Notes: generated by a model not told the origin, from the letters alone. Shown: positions 1 through 9,458, counted from the first letter of the stretch. The stretch is DNA of 64,000 nt from an uncultured Spirochaetota bacterium (GCA_963845535.1 CAWJSK010000002.1:64001-128000), one strand, 5' to 3'. A program made the numbers and translations.

Positions 1-454
1 CCTGGCTCAGCCTGCACAGTTCCGACAGAACGTCAGTACTTGGAAGGGCAACTTTCGCGCCCAGATGAGGGAGCCTTCTTTGGGAGGGTATGTAGATGAT
101 CCGATCTACACCTCCTTCAGGAAAGCTGCGAACAGCGCCAAGGAGCTTTACCTGCACGCGGTATTTCAAGCGTTGCTCCTTAAGATCCTCAGGGACGGCC
201 TGTTGTCGTCTCTGCATTGTGTTTACATAGTCTTCACCTTCTGCTGACGCCAATAGCCCGGACGGTACAAATCGTGTTATGCGTCCCAGCGCCGCTTCTT
301 CAACTGACCCCAGCTCAATCAAGATAAACTGGCCGAGTTGGGGCCGCTCAAGCATGCTCGCCTCATAGGGAGCAACTATTTCGGCTGCAAACTCCAACCC
401 TCGCTCATTGAACCCTTTGAAAGTCCCCATAACTAGAGAATTAGCGAAAAGCAT
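1..454 (-). CDS. HerA-like ATPase, N-terminal HAS-barrel region (partial, runs off left edge; not in ORF track)
   Basis: Manual translation from ATG at 454 (TAATG overlap with the NurA stop) is open to base 1: MLFANSLVMGTFKGFNERGLEFAAEIVAPYEASMLERPQLGQFILIELGSVEEAALGRITRFVP...YRVQVKLLGAVR...YIPSQRRLPHLGAKVALPS. This is the typical HerA N-terminal barrel pattern, and the gene lies directly downstream of nurA. Walker motifs are outside the window. Confidence 0.75.
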   Translation of the reverse strand, partial: MLFANSLVMGTFKGFNERGLEFAAEIVAPYEASMLERPQLGQFILIELGSVEEAALGRITRFVPSGLLASAEGEDYVNTMQRRQQAVPEDLKEQRLKYRVQVKLLGAVRSFPEGGVDRIIYIPSQRRLPHLGAKVALPSTDVLSELCRLSQ

Positions 455-1617
455 TAGCCCTCCTTGTAGCGCAATGCCGCAAGTGACCTTCCCAAGTGCT
501 TCATTCGCAGCAACTTCTCCGACTCTTCAGGAGTGAGCGACTGGCAAATCCCGTGCATAAGAAAATCTTGCAGAACCTCGATCTCTAGTCCTGTAAGCTT
601 AGCGAAATCATGTGCCCTCTGAATGCTCATTGGGTAGTCAGGGATGGGAAAGCCCTGCTGCGCATCGACGGTCAGTTGCCCCAACACCCTTTCTGCGTCG
701 CTGATCTGCCACACGGCCACATCCACTGGCCACACTGGATCGAACGGTCGGTCCCCGAACTTGGCCAGGTACATCTTCCCAATCGACTGGTAAAGCCTCC
801 TTCCGTCGTCCTGTACGTCACTCGATTCGTAGGTCCTGAGCCAAGTCAAGTCATAGTTGTAGCAGTCAGCTTCGATATCTTGTGGGACTTCGACAAAGCA
901 CGGATATGGTCTATGGAATGTTGATTCCAACTCAAGCGCTACAGCCAATCTCCCTAGGACCGCACTTTGTTTGGCAACTCCCACCAAGGAAAGGGATACG
1001 TTCCTATCTCGGTGCCGCCGCACCCCCTTCCGGAGGTTCTCGTCGATTCTCGGAAACACCTCCCGCTTGAATGACTTGGTCCGAAGTAATCCATCCCGAA
1101 TCAGAATCGTATCACCGCCCCACTGTATGCCGGGATTGGTTATCAAGTCGTAGAGAACAGCCCATTCCACCAAGTCCCTATAGCACCTTATTGCGCCAGT
1201 GCTCTTCGCCGGATCTCCCATTCCTCCCAACAAATATGAGAGTGCCGGCACATCAAGCGATAGGTCGTTACACAGACGCTGCAGCGGAGCAACCAGGCTC
1301 GGCGCATCAGGCCGGATGCGCTCATTCAATTCGACCAACTTTGCTGTACTAGCTATCGCATCCAGAGCGCATTGATTTCCACGGGAGTCAACTACTCTTA
1401 CAAGCTCGACAACTGCAGGATTGAATGAGAGCCGATTGTCCCCTCCATCGGCGGAAACGAAGGATACGGCGTTCACTGAGTAGGTCCTTAGCGGTCGGAC
1501 GTTCGCCTTAAGCAGCCTTGCATATTGCCTAAATCTTGACAAGAGAGGGTCGTCAACTTTGTAAGCAGCAATAACCCGCGCCTTTAGGGCCTCGAGATCA
1601 AAGTTAGCGAGAGCCAT
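454..1617 (-). CDS. NurA-family nuclease (RNase H-like fold)
   Basis: Motifs SADGG, LVEW, LIRDGLL, LVGVAKQS and DYPMSIQRAHDFAK match the NurA DG..E..DG..GxxK..YP-x5-AH pattern. Confidence 0.8.
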   Translation of the reverse strand: MALANFDLEALKARVIAAYKVDDPLLSRFRQYARLLKANVRPLRTYSVNAVSFVSADGGDNRLSFNPAVVELVRVVDSRGNQCALDAIASTAKLVELNERIRPDAPSLVAPLQRLCNDLSLDVPALSYLLGGMGDPAKSTGAIRCYRDLVEWAVLYDLITNPGIQWGGDTILIRDGLLRTKSFKREVFPRIDENLRKGVRRHRDRNVSLSLVGVAKQSAVLGRLAVALELESTFHRPYPCFVEVPQDIEADCYNYDLTWLRTYESSDVQDDGRRLYQSIGKMYLAKFGDRPFDPVWPVDVAVWQISDAERVLGQLTVDAQQGFPIPDYPMSIQRAHDFAKLTGLEIEVLQDFLMHGICQSLTPEESEKLLRMKHLGRSLAALRYKEG

Positions 1618-2830
1618 GGTCGTGTACCTCTTTGCCTATAGTCACTTGTTTGGAAACCTTTAAAGACCCTCCCCGGAGCAAAAACAGAACGCTGTTCTTT
1701 TCCCATATCCGAAATTCCAAATTGCGTTGCGCGCGGGGAATAACCCAACGATTTAGTGCCGCCTGACTTATCGCTTTTGCCGAAAGGAGGTCTCGATATT
1801 GTGCGCGATGTACCTTGCCCAGCAAATACCTCTTTGCGTTTGATGCAACGTCGCATAGATAGACTTCTCGTTGTATTCCATGCCGTAGCAGGTTCGGGTT
1901 CATATGAAGCATCGACATCGTTTGCCTGATTGCGCGCAGGCGCCAATTGGGGCCTTGGCCGAATTTGTTGTTGTTAGCATAGCTATCCTTGCGGAGCTCG
2001 AGATAGCGTCGCATAAGCCCGAACAGTGAATCCGAGACGTGAAAGTGTCCCCAGCCAGACGTGTAGCCAATTGGGCGGAAATACTTGGTGCCGTTAAGAT
2101 TCAGTCGATTGTATACCGACGACCTTCCGAGAGCTGACGATGTGGTAACCGCTATATATTTAGCGTTTTTTTCCTTTCCGGAAATAATCCCGCGCTTATT
2201 AAAGTACTTTTCGAGGAAGATGTCACGTATCTCGGTGCTCCGAACCAGGCATGCAACCAACTTGCCGCACAAGAGCGCATTGTAGGGAGGAATCGCGCCC
2301 AAAACATAGGCGTCCATAACGTTCACCAACTTTGCCTTTCGCTGTTCCGAGGTCCAACCAATGACGTCGTCACGAACTCGAAGGTTAAACACCGGGTCTC
2401 CCAGTGCAATCAGGCCCATCAGTTTCCTGTTCGACTCATCCCAAACCAAAAACCGTAAACGTCTGCCATAGCCTTTTGAAACAGGGATAGTCCACAAGAG
2501 TGAGGCAAGCCTGAAAAGGCTAGATTGCCAAGTTCCGGATGCAACTATTTCCAGCGCGGGATCAATGCTTTCTGGCATTATATCGCAGCCGTTCGCGAAG
2601 TACCTACTTAGTTTGGGCCACTGACCTTCTATGAAATCTCGTTCGTCTCGCAACAGCGAAAGCCTTTGCTCGTGGTGTAGCGCCCTAACCGTCTCTTTAG
2701 AACTATCGGAAGGAGCCAAGCCTCCGGTAGGGGTATGGACGAACCCGGCTTTCGCCAGGCTCTTGCGGAGTGAGCGTTTGATGCGCGCCTCTATGGTAAA
2801 GGGCATGATTATCATTGGTGTTTGATTCAT
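1604..2830 (-). CDS. DUF4338 / Druantia DruA-like protein
   Basis: GYGRRLRFLVWD, LGDPVFNLRVRDDVIGW, GAIPPYNALLCGKLVA, TTSSALGRSSVYNRL and GYTSGWGHFH are characteristic of DruA/DUF4338. Start is ATG 2830 or GTG 2836; overlaps nurA by 14 bp. Confidence 0.8.
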   Translation of the reverse strand: MNQTPMIIMPFTIEARIKRSLRKSLAKAGFVHTPTGGLAPSDSSKETVRALHHEQRLSLLRDERDFIEGQWPKLSRYFANGCDIMPESIDPALEIVASGTWQSSLFRLASLLWTIPVSKGYGRRLRFLVWDESNRKLMGLIALGDPVFNLRVRDDVIGWTSEQRKAKLVNVMDAYVLGAIPPYNALLCGKLVACLVRSTEIRDIFLEKYFNKRGIISGKEKNAKYIAVTTSSALGRSSVYNRLNLNGTKYFRPIGYTSGWGHFHVSDSLFGLMRRYLELRKDSYANNNKFGQGPNWRLRAIRQTMSMLHMNPNLLRHGIQREVYLCDVASNAKRYLLGKVHRAQYRDLLSAKAISQAALNRWVIPRAQRNLEFRIWEKNSVLFLLRGGSLKVSKQVTIGKEVHDHGSR

Positions 2831-2929
2831 AGTCACAAACGATGATAGAGAATAACTGACATCTTGTCGCCACTTGACGAGGCTGTAGAATTAGTATCCG
2901 CAGCGGGCCTTCTCCTGCAGAATACCGTA

Positions 2930-3160
2930 TCGTCATCGGGGGAGGAAGCTATCAGATCAGCGCGATTTTGTGCGACATTCTTGACCGTCTGTTACACCGA
3001 CTAGTCGGCCGCACCATGTTTGCGTTGGACGGGTGCAAGATCGCCTCCAACTGCGCCAAGGAGTGGAGCGGCACGAAGAAGGAGCTGAAAAAGAAAGCCG
3101 AAAAGATTGAGCAATCAGTGCGGCTGCTAATCGAACGCCACTGTGCAGCTTATACCGCTC
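2930..3160 (+). pseudogene. IS1182-family transposase remnant
   Basis: MFALDGCKIASNCAKEWSGTKKELKKKAEKIE resembles the IS1182 first-Asp region. It is degenerate upstream and truncated downstream; boundaries are approximate. Confidence 0.65.
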
Positions 3161-3195
3161 GACGGAGCCGGACCAACAGGAACATTAAAGGACGG

Positions 3196-4032
3196 TCACC
3201 GACGCCGAGTATTCAGGAATCTCCAGTTTCTTTCATCCTTACGATAGCCCAGAGCCCACCTGCAGATTGAGATTCGTTCCCAATCGGCCAAGAGGGCAAA
3301 GTCCCACTCCTTACCTGCTGCCTTTGCCCTAATCGCGTAGTCGACCAAGCTTGCAGACAGATTCCCCGGACCGGTCGTCGACTGTATCTCTGGTCTTTCC
3401 GACCGCTTAAGCAAAACGCGGGTGGCTCTTTCAAGGGCAATCCTCAATAGAGCGTGACCCGGTGGCGCAATGAGAGGGTTGTTGTTGACATAGAAAATCC
3501 GCTGCGAGGGATAGGCTTCATCGTTCAGGAAGATTTCCGGGCGTACCATCTCATCCGTTGCGGTATCATAGCAAAGAGGCTGAATCTTGATCCTCGGATC
3601 ATTCACCAAGGCGCCACATTCCGCACCTTGGTAGACTTCATCTGCATCTACATAGAATCCGCCGCTCTCCAGAAGGTAACAGAGCCTGAAGTAATCACAG
3701 CGCATTGCCGGGTGATAGCACAGATCATATGCTGTCACATATTCCGGCGTGTAGCGATCGCAGATGAACGCTCTCGCACCGTCGTCATCAAAGATGAGCT
3801 GGTGGAAGCCGTCTTTTAAGAGGGGTTTCCAGCTGTCGATGCACTCGTTCACGTCGTCTGGCAACTTCCGCAAATCATGCCAATATTGAACTAGAACCCT
3901 GGGAATGTGGTCTTCAACGGGCGACTTGGACCGCAGAGGGGGAATTGGCTGATGAAGGAGCCACTGTATGACGCCCGAGCGGAAGGAATGGTTCGCGGCC
4001 GAGCCTGTGAGCCCTGGGGAAGGTAGATTCAT
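3196..4032 (-). CDS. Glycosyltransferase family 32 (DxD; OCH1/capsule synthesis-like)
   Basis: IPRVLVQYW, RCDYFRLCYLLESGGFYVDAD, TTGPG. Likely start is ATG 4032 (ATGA overlap with the upstream stop). Confidence 0.8.
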   Translation of the reverse strand: MNLPSPGLTGSAANHSFRSGVIQWLLHQPIPPLRSKSPVEDHIPRVLVQYWHDLRKLPDDVNECIDSWKPLLKDGFHQLIFDDDGARAFICDRYTPEYVTAYDLCYHPAMRCDYFRLCYLLESGGFYVDADEVYQGAECGALVNDPRIKIQPLCYDTATDEMVRPEIFLNDEAYPSQRIFYVNNNPLIAPPGHALLRIALERATRVLLKRSERPEIQSTTGPGNLSASLVDYAIRAKAAGKEWDFALLADWERISICRWALGYRKDERNWRFLNTRRR

Positions 4033-6185
4033 GTTTGGTCCGAATACTCTGAGTCCGCCAAGGCTATGAGATTGGGCGCCCAATTGGAAACTCGAATATC
4101 CTTGATATCGCTGTAGACAGGAATATCGCCGTACTTGAGTTCCCCCGCAAGTTCTGTCGAACTTGGGGGCCAAGTATTGATGTAAAGACGCATGGGAAGG
4201 GACGGGAGCGGAGTAGGTTCCCATATAGCTCTCGCATGTACCAAATGGTCGTCGACAAACCACCTCATCTCATGCGGCTCCCACTCGATGGCATACCGGT
4301 GATAGTCGTCGGCTGCGTCGAAGGAGAGCTCGATCAGTATGGGTGTACCTCTGTTGCCGTAATTTAGGCTACCTCCTTCCTCTCCGGGGTTGAAATAGAC
4401 ATTTGTAAGCATTTTAGCGGTGTCACGACCCAAGAACTCAACGTCAATCTCCTGCCATGGGTTGTTTCTGTGCAAGAAGAACGCTGTAATGACTCCATCT
4501 GCCTTTGCAGGTCTTAGCGTTGCCTCGAAACGACCGAACCTGTAGAGACGTGCACTTGCAAGTGAACCCGATGAATAGTCCTTGTTTTCGGTCCTCTGTT
4601 TGTGGAGCAAGATGCGAAAACCGCCGCCGTCCAAAGCAATGATATTCTCTTTTCGGAACATAGATAGGTTTGACGGAAAAGAGTCGGTCAGAGATTCCCA
4701 TCTTATTCCGTCCGAGCCGTCATCTGCCGTCATAAAAATGCCCGTGCGCTCTCCTCTGGTACGTCGTTGCGAAGGTACCCCGAAGGCAGGCAGCCTTCCG
4801 TACGGCACTATCCAAGGATGAACGTCGTGCTCCAGTACGTGCGCTGGACGCATATCAATAGGGATGCTCACGAAGGTGGAAGCAGTGCTAGGACGGAACT
4901 GGGTAGCGGGCACGTCCCTCGGAAAGGGATCGCGCGAAGGCTTACACGAGAGAAACCGACACAGCGAGCGCCAAGCGCCCTGCGTTCGCACATCTATCGC
5001 CAGAAGCCTGTGAGGGTTACTCGAGAAGTAGTTCCTCATCCTATTATAGGCCGTGCCGGATAGCTCGTTTCCCTCAGCTGGCACCTTGGGAATTATGAAC
5101 ACTGCCTCGGGATAGAGCTGATTAAGCTTTATGAATGCGTTAGAGAGGCACGCCACACCGACGTAAGCGTCGAAAAGCAGTGGGAGGTTGTTCTCTAGAA
5201 GGAGTCCGATGCTTTCGGAAAACCGACCCCAAGCGTCGTAACAGCAGCGGTATCCGAGGAGGCTCAAGGCTACGTCAAGAACATGGGCATCCAAAGGGGG
5301 GAATCCGATGCAGAAGACCGGATGGCGACCTTTGAGATTCTCAAGATCAACGTGGGAACTATCTGCCTGTACGCCGATCTGCGAAAGCAGGGGGAGAATC
5401 GAGTATCGATTGTCTGAACCTATGTCCGTTCGCTGTGAAACGATGGAGCTAGGTGTTGAGTAGACATCCAATGCCGAACAAAGATGATTCACCCAGAGAT
5501 CCACTGGGCCTATCACGGGAAGCATCTTTAGTATTCGGATAACTCCTGAAAAGGAGAGGACATATCCAGATAGCCACCAGTATCCCCGCCTAAATCTAAG
5601 AAGGTTGGGCGAGACAGAAGTTCGCTCCGCTCCGCGATCAACTTCACGATAGGAGAGATAGAGCATATCGAACATGGCTCCATCGCTCCTCCTCCGGGGC
5701 AACTCCCGCCACGTCCTGTTGAGTTGAACCGAGAATGTCCTGTCAAAGAAGACGTCATCCTCGAGAAACAAGGCGTAGCGAACCCCATCTGCGAGCATTT
5801 GACGCCACGCCCTTATGTGAGAGAGAGCGACGGCGATCTGCTCCCGCGTGAGGCTTATCCGTACGGCTTCTTCGCGTATCTTGGGCAAAAGCCGAGGATC
5901 GGGGTCAACATAGTACTGTGCTTCCAGGGGATAGCTACGCTCGACGCACGACACTTCATCCTTTGGCAACTCAATTCTGCCGTCGACTGCCGAGACGCGG
6001 CGGCAGAAGTCCATCAAGGGAAGACCTCCCTCAACTCTGTGGCGAAGAGCCTCGTCGACAAAGTTGGCCCAACGAACTGGCTGGCGGTCGAGATTGATAA
6101 TGTACACAGCTTGAATACGATCGGCGTCAGCGATCCCTGTCGGAGCAAGTGCAGACAAGGGCTCGCTAGTGCCGAGGTCGCGCAA
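4029..6185 (-). CDS. Three-domain fusion: GT25 glycosyltransferase + sulfotransferase-like domain + GH16 glucanase
   Basis: N-term YIINLDRQPVRW, SHIRAW, LFLEDD (GT25); middle VFCIG..ALSLLGY and WRSLCRFL..DPFP (sulfotransferase-like); C-term WQEIDVEFLG and YHRYAIEWEP (GH16). The start is uncertain; an out-of-frame ATG at ~6246 with an AGGAG upstream may be the true start. Confidence 0.75.
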   Translation of the reverse strand: MRDLGTSEPLSALAPTGIADADRIQAVYIINLDRQPVRWANFVDEALRHRVEGGLPLMDFCRRVSAVDGRIELPKDEVSCVERSYPLEAQYYVDPDPRLLPKIREEAVRISLTREQIAVALSHIRAWRQMLADGVRYALFLEDDVFFDRTFSVQLNRTWRELPRRRSDGAMFDMLYLSYREVDRGAERTSVSPNLLRFRRGYWWLSGYVLSFSGVIRILKMLPVIGPVDLWVNHLCSALDVYSTPSSIVSQRTDIGSDNRYSILPLLSQIGVQADSSHVDLENLKGRHPVFCIGFPPLDAHVLDVALSLLGYRCCYDAWGRFSESIGLLLENNLPLLFDAYVGVACLSNAFIKLNQLYPEAVFIIPKVPAEGNELSGTAYNRMRNYFSSNPHRLLAIDVRTQGAWRSLCRFLSCKPSRDPFPRDVPATQFRPSTASTFVSIPIDMRPAHVLEHDVHPWIVPYGRLPAFGVPSQRRTRGERTGIFMTADDGSDGIRWESLTDSFPSNLSMFRKENIIALDGGGFRILLHKQRTENKDYSSGSLASARLYRFGRFEATLRPAKADGVITAFFLHRNNPWQEIDVEFLGRDTAKMLTNVYFNPGEEGGSLNYGNRGTPILIELSFDAADDYHRYAIEWEPHEMRWFVDDHLVHARAIWEPTPLPSLPMRLYINTWPPSSTELAGELKYGDIPVYSDIKDIRVSNWAPNLIALADSEYSDQT

Positions 6186-6290
6186 GAGACGTTCTGATCC
6201 AGAAGGTCAACCTTCGGGAGAACTCGGAACCAGCTATGATGTTCATAGGGGCATCTCTGGCTTCACTCCTCCGCCTTCGAGGAATGAGCG

Positions 6291-6409
6291 CCATAACATA
6301 GAGTTAAGCCGCCCCACTGACACGAAGCCAAGCAGCGACAGCGTTTGCAAAACACTTGCCCCACTCCTATCCGGCCCAATAAGGGGTCGGCTTCAACGAC
6401 TTGTTACGC
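6291..6409 (-). mobile_element. Integron attC recombination site
   Basis: Minus strand reads GCGTAAC AAGTC GTTGAAG CCGACCCC ... GGGGCGG CTTAAC TCTAT GTTATGG. This gives R'' overlapping the upstream gene's stop, 5-nt spacers, and L''/L' arms with two extrahelical bases, ending in R' GTT. Confidence 0.88.
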
Positions 6410-7365
6410 GTGATCGGTTTTCCTCTTCCGTTTCACGTAGTTCGAGCGACAACTTGTGAGATAGTCCTTGTGTTCTCTGATCTTCTTGAGAATCAAGTCG
6501 GCAAAATCCTGAGAGTACTTATGAGTGACCGGGTTGTCTGCTCTGTAATGGTATTTATTCACCTTGTCTGCGCGAACCTTTTCTGCGGCTACTATGCTAA
6601 GTATATCGTTCCTGTTCAGTGGGGGTAGCCCGTCTTTCTTTAGGCTTTCATTAACCGACGCAAGAAGCTCTTTGGCTCTGAATGGATGCGTTCTATCGGG
6701 ATCCTTTGGGATCTCGACGACCCTCGCCGTCGTTCCATCCTTTGTAAGAGAAATCTCAATATCACCTTCTACGGCCTTACTAGAAAGAACGAATCGGTAC
6801 TCAATTGGTATCGCATAAAATGGGCTGTTTGCTTCTGACTCCTCTCTATTGAACCTGCTAAGGAACTTTTCAACTCGAGAGTAAATCTCCGAGTCATAAG
6901 ACAAACGAATAGCCTCCCGGTCCGCGTCCCTGATGTCGGCAACTAGCGAGAGCAACCCCATGCTTTTTGAGAGCAAAGGATTCCGAATTTCATACTTTTC
7001 AGCAACACGAACAAAGTTCATGACATTGGCCTGGAAGAGCCTAGATAATGTGCTCTGAATTTCAGGGATGACCAAATGTGTAGCCTGATCTCTAAGAGCG
7101 ATTATCAATTCCAAATTCTTTCTGACTACGTCATTTGCGTCGGGAATCAACTTGGCCACGCAATCACTGACAGACAAGGTACGGTCCGTTGAGCCTTCGT
7201 AGAAGATAGCCTTTTCGCCATGGATTCTGACGATTAGCGACTTCAGTAGTAGTTCCCAAGCGTTTACCACTAGTACCAGGAATGATTCAGCTTTGTAAGT
7301 CAGAATCGGCTTGTTGTAGAGTTCAAGCGAGAGGGCAAAGGCCTCAAGACTCTTGTCGATAAGTA

Positions 7366-8945
7366 GGGCTTCCTGAAAAAGGGGTAATTTGATTTCCGGC
7401 TTAGAAATATGGTATAAATGAAGCGGGAGGGCTGCACGGGAAATGGCACATAGGCCACAAAAACCGTGCAGATGATTGCCAAATTGTACAGGAAGAAATC
7501 CACTCATCCCGAGTTCGAGAAGTTCTACCTGCCATTCGGAGGGAAGCTTCGAAGCGATAATCGTTGGGTTATCATGGCGAAGCTCATGCCATGGGATGAG
7601 GTGAGCAGAAATACGCGATGCAATTTCATGACTGCCAGATCGGGGCTCCAGCGAAAAGCGCCCGCGTTGCCCTGGGATCTCTGATGATCAAAGAGCGATT
7701 GAAAACGACGGATGAGGAAACCGTCGAGCAGATCAAGGAAAATCCGTACCTGCAATTCTTTCTTGGGTATGAGTATTACAACGACGAGCAACCATTTGAT
7801 CCATCGATGATGGTGTATTTCCGAAAGCGTTTCACGCTGGAGGATTTGACTCATTTCCAGGAGGAACTCAAGCGTAGGCTTGATGCGATTGAAAAGAAAG
7901 ACCGCGAAGACAAAGGAAGTGGAGGTAGCGGGAATCGGGGGAAGCTCCTGGTGGACGCTACGGTAACCCCCGCGGATATCCGATTTCCCACCGACATGTC
8001 CCTGCTCAACGAAGCTCGGGAGAAGACGGAAGCCGTCATTGATATTTTACACGCTCCGCTGAGAGGGGAGCAGGAAAAAGTACGTACTCATCGCCAGAAA
8101 GCGCGTACGGACTATCTGGGGTTTGCGAAAGCAAAGAAGAAGACCCGCCGAGCCATACGCCGTGCCATCGGGAAGCAACTTCGCTATTTGCGAAGGAATT
8201 TGGGGCATATCAAGGAATTGTCAACAAAGGTTCCCTTGAGTGAGCTGTCGCGACGACAATACAAGGATCTGCTGGTCATTCATGAGCTTTACCGACAACA
8301 GGACCTGATGTATCGAGGGAAAACGCATCGAGTCGATGACCGGATTGTCAGCATCAGCCAACCTCATGTACGTCCGATTGTGCGCGGGAAAGCGGGTGCT
8401 GAGGTCGAGTTTGGTGCCAAGATCTCGGTCAGTTGCGTTGATGGGATGTGCTTTGTAGATCGACTAAGTTGGGATGCATACAACGAAGGCCAAGATCTGA
8501 TCGGGCAGATCGAGAAATATCGGAAACGATTCAGTTTCTATCCTGAGTCAGTACATGTGGATAAGATTTATCGCACGCGAAGGAATCGTGAGTTCTGTAA
8601 AGTGAATGCAATCCGCATCACTGGGCCTGCGTTAGGGCGCCCCAAGGAAAACTGGGAAAGTGAAGAAGCAAGGAGAGAAGAACGCCGGCGACGAAGAAAG
8701 GATGAAGTTGATCGTATTCCGATTGAAGGGCAGTTTGGAGTCAGCAAGAGGAAATACAGTTTGGATTGTGTGAAAGCGAAGTTGGCCGATACCAGTGACA
8801 CGGTCATCGGAGTAGTAATGCTGGTGATGGGCCTTGAGCACTTGCTCCGGGCTCTTTTTTGTCCTCTGCTGATTGTCATTCGTAGGGCCTTGTCTTGCTC
8901 GGAGAAACGGGACTTTGCGCCTGCCTAGACTTTTTCAGGAAGCCC
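7366..8945 (+). mobile_element. IS5-family insertion sequence (1580 bp)
   Basis: Perfect 16-bp terminal IRs GGGCTTCCTGAAAAAG (7366-7381; 8930-8945), flanked by the direct repeat TAAGTA (7360-7365; 8946-8951). Confidence 0.93.
7484..8928 (+). CDS. IS5-family DDE transposase (frameshift near 7603)
   Basis: N-term FYLPFGGKLRSDNRW in one frame continues in another frame with ENPYLQFFLG, LLVDAT, RPIVRGKAGAEVEFGAK, VDKIY and IEGQFG. Confidence 0.85.
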
Positions 8946-9250
8946 TAAGTAGCGATTCAAGATCAAGCCTTCTGATTTTTTCGCTTTTTTGAGACATGTA
9001 ATCGAAGAACCGGTCATAGCGCAGCGAACGCAGCCCCTTGGTCGAGTAGGCGACCCCGTCTTTCGTGAAGACGTAGACATTCTTCAGCCTGTTTCTGAAG
9101 TATACTGCCAGTGAACTTGGCTTGTGTCCCGTCGCAGTCGAAAGGTCCGCGATTGTGAACTCAGCACCAGATGCTTCATATGCTCTGAGCGTGTCAAATA
9201 GTTTGCGGTAGCGATCTCTTCGCTTGGTCATGGTTACCTCTTCAAACCCA

Positions 9251-9299
9251 GCCTAACAAAGAGAGCCACGGTCTCATGAACTTTTTCGTGACGTTATGC
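9251..9299 (-). other. Integron core site GTTAGGC at the cassette start (possible attI or degenerate attC)
   Basis: Canonical GTTRRRY (9257-9251) lies about 20 nt before the DUF3644 ATG; an inverse core-like GCATAAC is at 9299-9293. Its reverse complement GCCTAAC matches the cassette's R'' GCGTAAC at 6/7. Confidence 0.6.
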
Positions 9300-9429
9300 A
9301 CTATTCATCCGCCGGCACGTGCGGAGTTCCTGCGATTTTCCTCTTATGTCGATTATATACCTAAGTGGCGGTCACGCGCGAGTGCATCGACCGGGAAGGC
9401 GAATTTTTGTGAAAAATTGAAAAAATCTA

Positions 9430-9458
9430 TTGACAATTAATAAAATCAAGTATATTTT
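9430..9458 (+). promoter_or_regulatory. sigma70-type promoter of the DUF2089 operon
   Basis: TTGACA at 9430 followed by TATATT/TATTTT at 15-17 nt spacing in an AT-rich stretch. Confidence 0.6.

Larger units (their letters stand above)
6404..9231 (-). pseudogene. DUF3644 (HEPN-like, RDQATH motif) gene interrupted by an IS5-family element
   Basis: Removing 7366-8945 and one TSD joins 9231-8946 to 7359-6404 in frame (...RLDLESLL-IDKSLEAFALSLELYNKP...), giving 413 aa. It has the DUF3644-type ELYNKP..ESF..NAWELLLK and an Rx4H motif. Confidence 0.85.

Noticed and set aside
1604..2836. Canonical Druantia type I system
   Set aside because: The DruA-like gene is followed by NurA/HerA rather than DruB-E within the window.
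2845..2860. Minus-strand GTTATTC upstream of the DruA-like gene as an attC core
   Set aside because: It does not fit GTTRRRY, and no matching R''/L boxes were found.
7590..7625. Programmed frameshift in the IS5 transposase
   Set aside because: No slippery sequence at the junction, and the background indel rate in this window is high.
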